NCBI GenBank assembly: GCA_034439575.1 | Contig: JAWXAQ010000016.1 | Span: forward strand, 288,001 to 352,000 | Origin: Leptospira sp. | GTDB lineage: Bacteria > Spirochaetota > Leptospiria > Leptospirales > Leptospiraceae | Direction of reading: 5' to 3' | Length of the DNA: 64,000 bases | In this document: piece after piece, positions 31,056 through 41,383 of the stretch | How positions within the stretch are numbered: the first letter of the stretch is position 1 | How the letters are laid out: each line of letters opens with the position of its first letter | The notes under the pieces: model-generated | What the model saw: only the letters and a program-made list of their open reading frames with translations | Told to the model about the DNA's origin: nothing | The model's database searches: none | Position numbers and translations under genes: made by a program

Positions 31056-31058
31056 ACA

Positions 31059-31784
31059 CTAGTCAGGCACCACAATATTTTCATAATTATCGGTAAAACG
31101 ATACCCAATTCCCCAGATTGTTTCAATCCATTCTGGTTGGGCAGAATTTTTTTCTAGTTTGGAACGAATTCTTTTGATATGGCTATCGATCATTCGTTCA
31201 AAGCCGTCCCATTCCACACCCCAGACTGATTCTAAAATCATCTCGCGAGAAAAAACCTTTCCAGGTGAGCCTGCAAGCAATTGTAGAATATCGAATTCTT
31301 TCCTAGAGATATTTATAATGTTTTCATTTAAGGTCACTCGTCGGCGAATGGAATCAATTTTTAAGGCTCCTCTAAGGATTTCTCCGGCTTGGCCTACATT
31401 TGGTTTGATTCCAATTTTTTTATCCCAACGTCTGAAAAAAACATCGACTCTTGTTTTTAATTCTCTAACAGAAAATGGCTTTGTGATGTAATCATCAGCA
31501 CCTAACTCGAGACCCATGATGCGATCTATTTCTTCTGTTCTCGCAGATAAAATAAAAACAGGAGTGCTTTCATCTGCTTTGCGAATGCTTCGGCAAATTT
31601 CAATCCCATCAATATCGGGAAGGGAGAGATCCAAGATGATAAGATCTGGGTGATTTGATTTATAAAACTTCAAACCATCTTCTCCATTTTCAAAAACGGA
31701 AGTAGTGTAATGCGCTGAATCTAGGGATTTACGGATTAAGTTTCCAATGTCCGGATCATCCTCGATAACCAAAATATTTTTCAT
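31059..31784 (-). CDS. OmpR/PhoB-family response regulator
   Basis: [26 protein letters not shown], winged-helix [19 protein letters not shown]. Confidence 0.95.
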   Translation of the reverse strand: MKNILVIEDDPDIGNLIRKSLDSAHYTTSVFENGEDGLKFYKSNHPDLIILDLSLPDIDGIEICRSIRKADESTPVFILSARTEEIDRIMGLELGADDYITKPFSVRELKTRVDVFFRRWDKKIGIKPNVGQAGEILRGALKIDSIRRRVTLNENIINISRKEFDILQLLAGSPGKVFSREMILESVWGVEWDGFERMIDSHIKRIRSKLEKNSAQPEWIETIWGIGYRFTDNYENIVVPD

Positions 31785-31848
31785 GTTTTTCCCTTGAGTT
31801 CTATCTCAATTTGTTTCTTCTAGGAGAAAAAAAAAGTAAAAAATACAA

Positions 31849-32268
31849 ATGGAAACGCAAAGGGAACCAAAATCATGGGCAATGATCGCTATTTTCGGAC
31901 CAAAGGTCAAACCTGTGGAAATCACGTCCAAATTGGGTATGGATCCAGATTATTTCCATGACTCTGACATAAAAGACATAAATAATGTAAGCCTGGAGCC
32001 GCATTGGCAACTCAATTCCAAGCTAGGTCCAGAGTCCCCATTGAATGAACATATATGGGAATTGCTCAAACGACTCGCTCCCGTAAGACGTGAATTGAAA
32101 GAAATTTCGAGTTTGTATGCTACTTGTCTTTATGCTTCTGTGGAATATGCCTCAAGAGCAACGAAAGGCATTAAATTGGATAAAAGGACTATGCTTTTGT
32201 TAGGCGAGCTTGGGATTCAATTGGAAATTCTCCCTTGGCTCGAAGAGGATTCACAAACTTCTTCCTGA
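31849..32268 (+). CDS. DUF4279-like protein
   Basis: EITSKLGMDPD, W-x-L, C-terminal LLGELGIQLE pattern. Confidence 0.6.
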   Translation: METQREPKSWAMIAIFGPKVKPVEITSKLGMDPDYFHDSDIKDINNVSLEPHWQLNSKLGPESPLNEHIWELLKRLAPVRRELKEISSLYATCLYASVEYASRATKGIKLDKRTMLLLGELGIQLEILPWLEEDSQTSS

Positions 32269-32599
32269 CCATTCCACCTTGGGCAGGGAAAAAAAGTCTA
32301 GTTAGGTGAAACCTTTCTAAATAATGATATGTAGAATAGGGCAGACCAACGAGAACCAATACTCTTTTTTTTGCCCTTAGATCCCTTGCCAATGCGACAA
32401 TTTGATTTATAAAAATAAGTGGAAGGGATTTTAAATTTGAAACATCCAGTTGGATATGGGATCGTGTTTGAAAAAAGAGCATCCCTATAATGGAATGGAC
32501 TTCGTCATCTAACTCTTGCGAAAATTCTTTGCTATGAATTTGTATCTCGTAGGCGTTTTGAATTTCCTGCAAGGTAAGGTGTTTCATTTTTTTCGCCAT
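32189..32599 (-). CDS. STAS-domain (anti-sigma antagonist-like) protein
   Basis: IQLDVSNLKSL, LVLVGL...YLERFHLTRLF STAS-like pattern. Confidence 0.55.
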   Translation of the reverse strand: MAKKMKHLTLQEIQNAYEIQIHSKEFSQELDDEVHSIIGMLFFQTRSHIQLDVSNLKSLPLIFINQIVALARDLRAKKRVLVLVGLPYSTYHYLERFHLTRLFFPAQGGMVRKKFVNPLRAKGEFPIESQARLTKA

Positions 32600-32611
32600 A
32601 GATAAATAATT

Positions 32612-33592
32612 ATGAAAGCTCTCTCAAAAGAAACACAAATTTTAAGACCCCATTTTTTGAAATTCACTCGTGAATTTCTCTCTAGCAACAATTTTCTAGA
32701 AATTGATACGCCCATTATGAAACCTATTGTCGGGATGGAACCATACCTTGATCCCTTTTTGGTGCAGTCCCCGAATGGAAAAGAGAAAGGGTATTTGATC
32801 ACCTCACCAGAATATTCTCTCAAACAATCACTTGCATCAGGCCTAAATAAAATTTATGAAATCACGCATACATTTCGTTCTGGCGAAGAGGGAAGTCCTT
32901 ATCATTCACGTGAATTTTTAATGTTAGAACTTTATGTGAGAGGTGCTGATGATAAAGCTTTGATGAAACTCATCCAAGAATATTTCCTGCATATGATTGA
33001 TTCTTTTTCTAAATTTAAATTAAAAGGTTTTCAATTTCATTTACCAAGTGAAAAGAAAGTTTTCAAATTTGTCAGCGTAAAACAAGAGTTTATCGAATGT
33101 ACAGGAAAAGACTTTTCGCTTGATGCCCTCTTGTATTTAATTCATGCGCACCGATTGACACAAATTCCTGAAGAAGAATTGAAGTTATGGCCGTATGAAG
33201 ATTTATTTTTTTTGGTTTTTTTAAATTTAGTTGAACCAAAATTAGGTGAAGGTATCGTATTTTTATACGACTATCCGAAGGAACTTGCGGCATTAGCCAG
33301 AGTTGAAGACGGATTTGCTAAACGCTTTGAAATTTATTGGGGTGGGCTAGAAATTGCGAATGCCTTTTTTGAACTAAGGAATCCCGCCGAACAACGTGCT
33401 CGTTTTGTGGCAGAACAAAAATTGCGCCAAACTTTGGGTAAGGAAGTATTTGCTATGGATGAGGACTTTTTAGCCGTATTAGAAAATGGAAGTTTTCCTG
33501 ATGCCTCTGGAATCTCCCTTGGTTTGGACCGCATTTTTTTGAAATTATTGGGCAAAAACCATTTATCGGGACTTAGCCCTTACTATGAATGA
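32612..33592 (+). CDS. epmA: EF-P lysine aminoacylase EpmA (PoxA/GenX)
   Basis: FLEIDTP, YLITSPEYSLK, TFRSGE..H..EFLMLE, RFEIY..GLEIANAFFEL, SGISLGLDR; no anticodon-binding domain. Confidence 0.92.
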   Translation: MKALSKETQILRPHFLKFTREFLSSNNFLEIDTPIMKPIVGMEPYLDPFLVQSPNGKEKGYLITSPEYSLKQSLASGLNKIYEITHTFRSGEEGSPYHSREFLMLELYVRGADDKALMKLIQEYFLHMIDSFSKFKLKGFQFHLPSEKKVFKFVSVKQEFIECTGKDFSLDALLYLIHAHRLTQIPEEELKLWPYEDLFFLVFLNLVEPKLGEGIVFLYDYPKELAALARVEDGFAKRFEIYWGGLEIANAFFELRNPAEQRARFVAEQKLRQTLGKEVFAMDEDFLAVLENGSFPDASGISLGLDRIFLKLLGKNHLSGLSPYYE

Positions 33593-33650
33593 GTGATTTT
33601 TTTTGAAGAATCACTAGACAATTATTCCATATGAGTTAGTTTGATTGCCT

Positions 33651-34238
33651 ATGAAACAGATCCTAAGTAGTTTAATTGCCATTTTATTTGTCGGCGGACT
33701 CTCCGCACAAAATTTGACACCGAGACCAGAAGTTACGTTTTCAAGCGTCCCTCAATCGATGGCCGATTTTGAAGCATTGCAAACTAGTTTAAGTAGCACG
33801 CCCGAAGGAGCCGTCGCCGTTGTTGTGATGGCGATACATCTTTATGGAAAAGATACAACTATGGGAAACCATGCGCTTGTTACATCCATTCTTAAAAAAA
33901 ATCGTTCACGCTCCACAAAACCTACTGCTTATAAGGGTGAGGATTTAGGGAATGGGGATCGTTTCCTCGTCGGCCAATTGGATAAATATAAAATGTTGGC
34001 AAATGGTTATTTTAAAGGTGCAGAGCCAGCTAACGGCTACACACCTTCAAATCCCCTGACTGTTGAGACGTTTACAAATCCTTATTCAGGCGAAGAGTCT
34101 TCTGGAAAAATTAAACTTTTTGTCGCCACACGTGGTGCCTCTAGTTTTCGTCCTGTGACAGTCGAAAAAGAATCGGATGGGGTGTGGCGAGTTAAAGAAT
34201 TTAGTTCACTCTGTGTTGGTATGATGCCCGCAAAATAA
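33651..34238 (+). CDS. Secreted hypothetical protein (DUF6935-like)
   Basis: Signal peptide; YFKGAEPANGYTP, GASSFRPV, WRVKEFSSL. Confidence 0.65.
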   Translation: MKQILSSLIAILFVGGLSAQNLTPRPEVTFSSVPQSMADFEALQTSLSSTPEGAVAVVVMAIHLYGKDTTMGNHALVTSILKKNRSRSTKPTAYKGEDLGNGDRFLVGQLDKYKMLANGYFKGAEPANGYTPSNPLTVETFTNPYSGEESSGKIKLFVATRGASSFRPVTVEKESDGVWRVKEFSSLCVGMMPAK

Positions 34239-34252
34239 AGAACGGAAATTCA

Positions 34253-35278
34253 TCACCATGCGATAGTTACTTTCCCGAAGTGTTTTCCACTTTGCAAATA
34301 GGCAAAAGCTTCGGGAACAGTATCCCAATCAAAAATTTTATCAACGACAGGCTTCATTTTGTTATGTGAAATCGCCTGGTTCATATTTTCAAAATCGAAC
34401 CTGCTTCCGACTATCACCCCTTGCACTTTGACACCTTGCATAAGGATGGGATATAAGGAAAGGTTGGATTCACCGCCCGCAAGTACGCCGATAAGTGCAA
34501 TGGTTCCATACGGTTTTATTGACATCATGGACTTTGGCATGGTTCCCGCTCCGCCCACTTCTATGATTAGGTCTGCTCCTTTCATATCTGTGAATCTACG
34601 AATTTCTCTTTCCCAATTTGTTTTTTTGGAATAATTGATAAGTTCATCGGCACCAAGTGCCTTTCCTCTTTCTAGTTTTTCATCGCTAGAAGAAGTGAGA
34701 ATCACACGCGCACCCATCATCTTAGCAAATTGCAATGCGAATAGTGAGACTCCTCCTGTACCTAGTGTAACAACTGTACTGCCAGGTTGGATCCCTCCAA
34801 ATGTGACAACTGCATTATAAGAAGTAAGACCTGCGCAACCTAGAGTAGCCGCTTCTGCATCGCTTAGGTGGCTTGGAGTTGATACTAATCCGTCTTGGTG
34901 AAAAGTAGAATACTCCATTAAACAACCGTCATTTGGTCCACCAAGTGTAGACCTGAGGCTATTCATATCGGGTGGACCTGCTAACCATTTTTGTGCGAAT
35001 ATAGGGATCACTCGGTCACCAACTTTCCATTTACTGACATTTTTGCCAATGGCCGTAACAACTCCCGCTCCATCGGAACAAGGAACAAGGGGCAACTTCT
35101 GTCTAGGATTGTATTTACCAATCACCATCAAATAGTCTCTGTAATTCAAGGAAGTAGCGGTTAGGCGAACTAAAACATCCTCATCTTTGATATTCTCAGG
35201 TATCGGTCTCTTGTTTACTTTTAAATTTTCTAATCCAAAGGATCCTTGGATTTCCCACACTCTGTTTGTATCTGCCAT
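34253..35278 (-). CDS. Zinc-type alcohol dehydrogenase / quinone oxidoreductase (MDR family)
   Basis: [35 protein letters not shown]. Confidence 0.9.
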   Translation of the reverse strand: MADTNRVWEIQGSFGLENLKVNKRPIPENIKDEDVLVRLTATSLNYRDYLMVIGKYNPRQKLPLVPCSDGAGVVTAIGKNVSKWKVGDRVIPIFAQKWLAGPPDMNSLRSTLGGPNDGCLMEYSTFHQDGLVSTPSHLSDAEAATLGCAGLTSYNAVVTFGGIQPGSTVVTLGTGGVSLFALQFAKMMGARVILTSSSDEKLERGKALGADELINYSKKTNWEREIRRFTDMKGADLIIEVGGAGTMPKSMMSIKPYGTIALIGVLAGGESNLSLYPILMQGVKVQGVIVGSRFDFENMNQAISHNKMKPVVDKIFDWDTVPEAFAYLQSGKHFGKVTIAW

Positions 35279-35365
35279 TTTGTAACCTTATAAAAATTTC
35301 ACTCGTCAGAGGATGCGAAAGTTTCATCGTATGTCGAGTTGCTTTCACTGCAATCGGGGGATCGT

Positions 35366-36166
35366 TTGAAAGATTTTTGGAACAGTAAGGTAGTTTTGAT
35401 CACTGGTGCTTCAAGTGGGATTGGCGCCTCTCTTGTAGTAGAATTGTCCAAGTATCCGATTACCATCATTGCTATGGCGAGACGTGCCGCGGAAGTCGCT
35501 CTACCTCGTGATGCAAATTTGAATGCAAAATTAATTTCTATCGCGGTAGATTTTTTAGATCCAAGTTCGATTGAAGATGCGATTGCTCTTATCCCAAAAG
35601 AGATCGATGGCATTGATGTTATCTTTAATAATGCGGGCATCACTGCACATGGAAGATTCGATGAGTTGCAAATGGATGTTTATAGAAAAACATTTGCTAC
35701 AAATTTTTTCGGCCCAGTGCAATTGATCCAAGGCTTGATGACTCGTTTGAAAAAAAGTAAGGGGCGGGTGGTGACTACATCCACAGTCTCGGCACTGTAT
35801 GGAATTCCAGGGAGGGCGGCATATTCAGCATCCAAGTCAGCTTTACATGCGGCTATGGAATCCATGCGAATTGAATTATCTGAATTTGGAATTGGATCCG
35901 TTTTGGTTTGTGTACCTTATACGGAAACGCCACTTCGCAAATCAGGTCTCGGTGCTGATGGAAATATTTTAGATGAAGGCCAAGCAAATCGAAAGTTAAA
36001 AACACCAACAGAGGTCGCAAGATTGTTAATGAAGGCAGCTACCAATCAAAATGATAGGTTAGTCACGATTGATTTTACTGGTTTTTTTGTTAAATGGATG
36101 CGAAATTTCGCACCTGGAAGTTTAGAAAAAATTCTTTTTAAAAAACTTTATCACGACTTTCATTAA
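35366..36166 (+). CDS. Short-chain dehydrogenase/reductase
   Basis: TGASSGIG, NNAG, YSASK. TTG 35366 is preceded by GGGGGA. Confidence 0.88.
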   Translation: MKDFWNSKVVLITGASSGIGASLVVELSKYPITIIAMARRAAEVALPRDANLNAKLISIAVDFLDPSSIEDAIALIPKEIDGIDVIFNNAGITAHGRFDELQMDVYRKTFATNFFGPVQLIQGLMTRLKKSKGRVVTTSTVSALYGIPGRAAYSASKSALHAAMESMRIELSEFGIGSVLVCVPYTETPLRKSGLGADGNILDEGQANRKLKTPTEVARLLMKAATNQNDRLVTIDFTGFFVKWMRNFAPGSLEKILFKKLYHDFH

Positions 36167-36200
36167 TTTCCAACTGTCTAAAACTTCGATAGAGGGAAAA

Positions 36201-37019
36201 TTGGAATTCTTAAATCCGCCTTATTTAGCAACCGTTATCTTTGCATTTCTTTTCATGACTCTTATGTGGTATTGGGGTAAGTCTAGAAATAATTATGCTG
36301 TGATCGATGTGGGTTGGGGGCTTGTTATTGCCGGGATCTTTTCCGTTTATATGATTCTTGGTAATGCCAATTTGTATGCCAAGTTTGCACTTCTCATTCC
36401 AGTTTGGATTTGGGCATTACGTTTGTCTGGATTTTTATATTTTACTCGCATTCGAACAAACCATCCGGAAGACAAACGTTATGCGAACTTTCGAAAAGAC
36501 TATGGTGACAAAGTACATCAAAAGTTTTTTACGAATGTATTTCTATTACAAGGATTCCTCGCTCTTTTATTATCAGGGCCTGCGATATCGGCCTCGTCTT
36601 GGAATTTAAAAATCAAAGATGGATTAGGTTCTATTTTACCAATTATGATAGGATGGGCATTTGTTTTGATCGGTATCATTGGTGAAACAGTTAGCGACAA
36701 CCAATTGCACAAGTTTGTCGGCAATCAAAATAATAAAGGAAAAGTATGTGATATCGGTTTATGGAAATACTCACGCCATCCAAATTATTTTTTTGAATGG
36801 GTGATTTGGCTAGGGATAGGAATGATTCCACTTCGGGATTATATTTCTTTAATTAGTTTATTTAGTCCTTTAGTCATGTTTGTGCTATTAAGATTTGTTT
36901 CTGGAGTGCCTTTTGCTGAAAAGTATTCCTTAAAATCCAAAGGTGAATTATTTGTAAAATATCAAAAAACCACAAATGCATTTTTCCCTTGGTTTCCAAA
37001 ATCAATTTCCAATGTTTAA
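36201..37019 (+). CDS. DUF1295 (steroid 5-alpha-reductase-like) membrane protein
   Basis: IDVGWG, WALRL, EDKRY, GLWKYSRHPNYFFEW, SGVP, YQKTTNAFFPW. Confidence 0.9.
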   Translation: MEFLNPPYLATVIFAFLFMTLMWYWGKSRNNYAVIDVGWGLVIAGIFSVYMILGNANLYAKFALLIPVWIWALRLSGFLYFTRIRTNHPEDKRYANFRKDYGDKVHQKFFTNVFLLQGFLALLLSGPAISASSWNLKIKDGLGSILPIMIGWAFVLIGIIGETVSDNQLHKFVGNQNNKGKVCDIGLWKYSRHPNYFFEWVIWLGIGMIPLRDYISLISLFSPLVMFVLLRFVSGVPFAEKYSLKSKGELFVKYQKTTNAFFPWFPKSISNV

Positions 37020-37064
37020 TTATTATAAATAATTTCGTATATTATAAAATACAAGAGTTCCATT

Positions 37065-38093
37065 ATGAATATAAATTCCCTATTAGAAAAAAATATTTTT
37101 CCAGATTGGCTGATTCGTTTTCGAATTAGGCAATTATTAAACTTAAGACTCAAACAAGAGACCAAAGAAAGTGCCGAATTGCAATTACAACATAAATTGG
37201 ATTATGTACGATCTTTGAAATCTAGCCCAATTGCCGTTCATACCAAAGATGCCAATGAACAACATTATGAAGTTCCGAGTGAATTTTTTACGTATGTAAT
37301 GGGCCCAAGAATGAAATATTCATCGGGGTATTGGCCTTCGGCTGATACAACTTTCGCGGAATCGGAAGAAGTAATGTTGCGACTAACGGTGGAGCGTGCT
37401 GAAATTAAAAATGGAATGAAGGTTTTAGATTTAGGCTGCGGTTGGGGATCTATATCTTTATATGTCGCTGAAAAATTTCCCAAATGTAAAGTCTTTGGTG
37501 TCTCAAATTCCCGCACTCAAAAAGAATTTATTGATTCACGAGCAAAAGAAAAAGGATTAAAAAACCTAACTATAATTACACAAGATATGAATGATTTTTC
37601 TATCAAAGAAAAATTTGATAGAATCATTTCTGTCGAAATGTTAGAGCATATGAAAAATTATGAAAAATTATTTGAAAAGTTATCGAAGGTTTTGGATACC
37701 GATGGTAAATTTTTTGTTCATATTTTTACACACAATACTTTTGCCTATCCATTTGAAGTGATAGATGAAACAGATTGGATGGCAAAGTATTTTTTCACTG
37801 GTGGACAAATGCCTTCTGACGATTTGTTTTTATATTTCCAAAAAGATTTTTTAATTGAAAATCATTGGCGAGTCAACGGGACTCATTATGCAAAGACCAG
37901 CGAAGCATGGTATGAAAATCTTTTGAAACATCAAGAGCAAGTAATGTCCATACTTGCTAAAACTTATGGCGAGAAGGAGAAGACCAAATGGTTTGTCTAT
38001 TGGAAAGTTTTCTTTCTCGCCTGTGCAGAGTTATGGGGTTATCGAAATGGAGAGGAATGGTTTGTTAGCCATTATTTGTTTCGAAAACGCTGA
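37065..38093 (+). CDS. CFA/coclaurine-N-methyltransferase-like SAM-dependent methyltransferase
   Basis: ANEQHYEVP, MKYSSGYW, LDLGCGWGS, SVEMLEHMKNY, FFTGGQMPS. Confidence 0.9.
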   Translation: MNINSLLEKNIFPDWLIRFRIRQLLNLRLKQETKESAELQLQHKLDYVRSLKSSPIAVHTKDANEQHYEVPSEFFTYVMGPRMKYSSGYWPSADTTFAESEEVMLRLTVERAEIKNGMKVLDLGCGWGSISLYVAEKFPKCKVFGVSNSRTQKEFIDSRAKEKGLKNLTIITQDMNDFSIKEKFDRIISVEMLEHMKNYEKLFEKLSKVLDTDGKFFVHIFTHNTFAYPFEVIDETDWMAKYFFTGGQMPSDDLFLYFQKDFLIENHWRVNGTHYAKTSEAWYENLLKHQEQVMSILAKTYGEKEKTKWFVYWKVFFLACAELWGYRNGEEWFVSHYLFRKR

Positions 38094-39616
38094 GGTTTGC
38101 CACCTTTAGAAGCAGGAGCAGATGACCCTTTACTGGTTCCTTTGTATCCGCCACCTGAAGAAGAAGAATTTGATCTTCCACCACCACCACTAGATCGGCC
38201 ACCGCGACGTTCGCCACTGCTATTGCTTCTTCCACCAGTGCCACCGCGACGTTTTCCACCAGACGAGGGAGGATTCTCACTCCATTCTGTTGCAGTTTTT
38301 CCAATTTTTTCAGGTCCACTGATTTTTACTTTATCAAGGATCTGAGAAAGAATTTTTAGAGAGATAGATTTTTGATCTTCATCCTCGCAAAGTTTTGTGA
38401 ACAGTGCTTCTGCATCTGGATTTATATCTGTTTCAAGGATTCTTGTTAAAAAATCTTCGTGTCTTTTTGCTTGCACATCTTTTTTAGTCGGAAGAGTCGC
38501 AATTGTTAATTCTGTACCAGAAGTTCCTTTTAATCTAGAGAGTGCTCTTGATTCGCGTGTTGTAACTAGCGTTATAGCTCTTCCTGATTTTCCAGCTCTA
38601 CCTGTTCTACCGATTCTGTGCGTATAACTTTCGCTATCGAATGGTAAATGAAAGTTAATCACTAATGCCAGATCTTTTACATCTAACCCGCGTGCGGCCA
38701 CATCTGTCGCTACGAGAATTTTAATTTGTCCACTATGTAGACTTTTTAAAACAGATTCTCTTTGCTTTTGGCTAAGATCCCCGTGTAATGCTTCAACATG
38801 ATAACCTTTAAATGCTAAATTAGTTTTTAAATCATCAGCTTCTTTTTTAGTTTTAGTAAAAATGATCGCTTTGAAAGGATTTTCAAAATCTAAAATTCTT
38901 ACAACAGCATTGTCTCTTTCTTGTTCATCAATTATATAATAAACCTGTTCTATGTTTTTAGATGCTTTTTCGGTCACAGCAATCTTTACATGTGCAGGGT
39001 GATTTAAATATTTTCCAGCTAACTTCTTAATCGCATCTGGCATCGTTGCTGAGAAGAGAAGTGTTTGTCTTTCTTCTGGTAAGTGTGAGAAAATAGATTC
39101 GATATCTTCTAAAAATCCCATATCCAACATTTCATCTGCTTCATCCAAGATGATCATTTTTGGTTTAAAATTTTTAAACTCTTTTGTTTTCAAAAGATCA
39201 AGTAGGCGGCCAGGAGTTGCAACTGCTACTTGTGCACCTTTAGTCACTTGTGAAATTTGTTTGGAATAAGAAGCGCCGCCATAAATGGTGGTCGTCTTAA
39301 TTCCCATATTTTTTCCTAAACGGAAGAGCTCGTCAGATACTTGTAATGCGAGTTCGCGAGTTGGAGTGATTACCAAAACTTGCATACCATCATTCAATTT
39401 GATTCGATTGAGGCAAGGAAGGCCATATGCGGCTGTTTTTCCTGTGCCTGTTTGGGCTTGGGCGATCAGGTCTTTACCTTCGAGAACGAGGGGAATGGCT
39501 TGTCGTTGGATGGGGCTTGGAGTCAGGAAACCGGCGTCGGCGATTCCTGACAAGAGCTCGGGTCGAAATCCAAAAGATTGGAATTCGTTTTCCTGCTCGG
39601 AGTGGTTCGTAGTCAT
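38072..39616 (-). CDS. DEAD-box RNA helicase
   Basis: AQTGTGKT, PTRELA, DEAD, SAT, ARGLD, HRIGRTGR; G/R/S-rich tail. Confidence 0.96.
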   Translation of the reverse strand: MTTNHSEQENEFQSFGFRPELLSGIADAGFLTPSPIQRQAIPLVLEGKDLIAQAQTGTGKTAAYGLPCLNRIKLNDGMQVLVITPTRELALQVSDELFRLGKNMGIKTTTIYGGASYSKQISQVTKGAQVAVATPGRLLDLLKTKEFKNFKPKMIILDEADEMLDMGFLEDIESIFSHLPEERQTLLFSATMPDAIKKLAGKYLNHPAHVKIAVTEKASKNIEQVYYIIDEQERDNAVVRILDFENPFKAIIFTKTKKEADDLKTNLAFKGYHVEALHGDLSQKQRESVLKSLHSGQIKILVATDVAARGLDVKDLALVINFHLPFDSESYTHRIGRTGRAGKSGRAITLVTTRESRALSRLKGTSGTELTIATLPTKKDVQAKRHEDFLTRILETDINPDAEALFTKLCEDEDQKSISLKILSQILDKVKISGPEKIGKTATEWSENPPSSGGKRRGGTGGRSNSSGERRGGRSSGGGGRSNSSSSGGGYKGTSKGSSAPASKGGKPQRFRNK

Positions 39617-39675
39617 GAGAAAAGGATACTATAAAAAAATGGCCTAGGAAAGAAAGTCAAAAATATCCCTATGAA

Positions 39676-41328
39676 CTAGGATTCAGATAGGATTGAATCT
39701 AATATCGAATAAAGTTCATTTTTTATATAAGGTTTTGGCAAAAAGTATTGGAAACCAGATTTTAGGATTTGAGATTTTTCTTCCGGCATACAGAGTCCCG
39801 TGCAAGCAATATGGATTCCTTTTTTACCAATTTCCCGTAATCGGAGAGAAAGCTCTGTGCCAATCATTCCTGGGATTTCAATATCCAAAAATAACAATTT
39901 GAAATCTTGGTTTGATGCTAATTTAAATGCCTCATTTCCGTCAGAAGTTTCAGTGACAATAAATCCCAAGCCATTCAAATAAGATTTTAATACAATACGA
40001 TTCATCTCATTATCATCTGAGATTAAAATAGGAACATTATTGAATTTCTCCTTCAAAACTTCCTTTGTCAAAATTGTTTCTTTGAGTATTTTCTCCGGTT
40101 CCGATGATCCGTATTTCAAAGGTAAGGTGACGATAAACTCTGTGCCAACTCCAAGAATAGATCTAACTTCTATTTTTCCGCCCATGGCTTCCGTTGCAAG
40201 TTTGACTATGGATAATCCAAGGCCTGAGCCTGAGATTTGGCAATCAGTTGGAGTAAACGTATTGTACTTTTGGAATAGGTTTGGAAGAACGTTTTTAGAT
40301 ATCCCTGGCCCAGTATCATAAATACGAAGTATAATATTTGGAACATTTGGAGCAGTATCCAAAGAAATATGAATCCCAATCTTTCCGTGAGTGGTAAATT
40401 TTACAGCGTTGGCTGTGAGATTCCAGATTATTTTTTCGAATTTTCTTTCATCGCCAATATAGAAATCTCTCACACCGTCTTCGATGGTAACTTCAAATGT
40501 AACACCTTTCTTTTTGGTTTCCATTTGATAAAATTCTTTTAATGGAATCATGGTTCGCTTAATAGAGAATAAATGGTTTTCAAGATTGATTTGATTTGAT
40601 TCCAATTGTGAAAGATATATTACATCATTGACAATTTTTAAAATAACTTCGCCCGAATTTTTAAATTGTTTTACGTAATCTATTTGTTCCTTGTTGAGTT
40701 CTGTCGCTTCAAGCATACTGGAAATGCCCATAAGAGAATTGAGTGGATTTCTAATATCATGACTAATTGCGGCTATAAAATCTCGTTTTGCTGCGTTAGC
40801 CTGAGTTGCATTTTCTCTTTCATTTTCAATGACTTTTAATACTTCTCGCATTTTTATTAAGTGTATCGTTTGTTTGGCGAGAAATTTCATCATTGATGAT
40901 TGTTCCGAAGTTAATGTTCGCGGAACGTGATCTATTACACAAAGTGTTCCTAAACGAAAATCGTCTTCCGTTTCCAATGGATAACCTGCATAAAAAACAA
41001 CATTGGGTTCTCCAACGACTAAGGGGTTATCAAAAAATCGATCATCCTTTCGTGAATCATTAATGATGAATGGTTCATTATTAAGAATTGCGTGCGCACA
41101 AAATGCCACATTTCTATCAGTTTCTTTTACCTCAAGTCCGACCCTTGCTTTAAACCATTGTCTGTTTTCATCAATTAGGCTAACGAGCGCTATGGGAACT
41201 CCACAAATATAAGATGCGAGTTTTGCGACATTGTCGAAAAGTTCCTCTTCTGTTGTATCCAAAATATCATAATATCTTAGTTTTTGTAATCTTTCGACTT
41301 CGTTTGGAGGTAGTGCAGCAGGTTTCAT
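39676..41328 (-). CDS. GAF-domain hybrid sensor histidine kinase/response regulator
   Basis: N-terminal GAF (AFCAHAI, FYAGYPL), SHDIRNPL, NAVKFT, DTGPG, GSGLGLSI, C-terminal receiver domain. Confidence 0.92.
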   Translation of the reverse strand: MKPAALPPNEVERLQKLRYYDILDTTEEELFDNVAKLASYICGVPIALVSLIDENRQWFKARVGLEVKETDRNVAFCAHAILNNEPFIINDSRKDDRFFDNPLVVGEPNVVFYAGYPLETEDDFRLGTLCVIDHVPRTLTSEQSSMMKFLAKQTIHLIKMREVLKVIENERENATQANAAKRDFIAAISHDIRNPLNSLMGISSMLEATELNKEQIDYVKQFKNSGEVILKIVNDVIYLSQLESNQINLENHLFSIKRTMIPLKEFYQMETKKKGVTFEVTIEDGVRDFYIGDERKFEKIIWNLTANAVKFTTHGKIGIHISLDTAPNVPNIILRIYDTGPGISKNVLPNLFQKYNTFTPTDCQISGSGLGLSIVKLATEAMGGKIEVRSILGVGTEFIVTLPLKYGSSEPEKILKETILTKEVLKEKFNNVPILISDDNEMNRIVLKSYLNGLGFIVTETSDGNEAFKLASNQDFKLLFLDIEIPGMIGTELSLRLREIGKKGIHIACTGLCMPEEKSQILKSGFQYFLPKPYIKNELYSILDSILSES

Positions 41329-41383
41329 TTAAAATACTCCAAGATTTGACGATTGGATTTTAAATACTCCAGTCTAATTAAAC

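Noticed and set aside
38097-38270. Repeat-like CCACC-rich tract and Pro-rich plus-strand ORF
   Set aside because: It is the antisense of the Gly/Arg/Ser-rich DEAD-box helicase tail.
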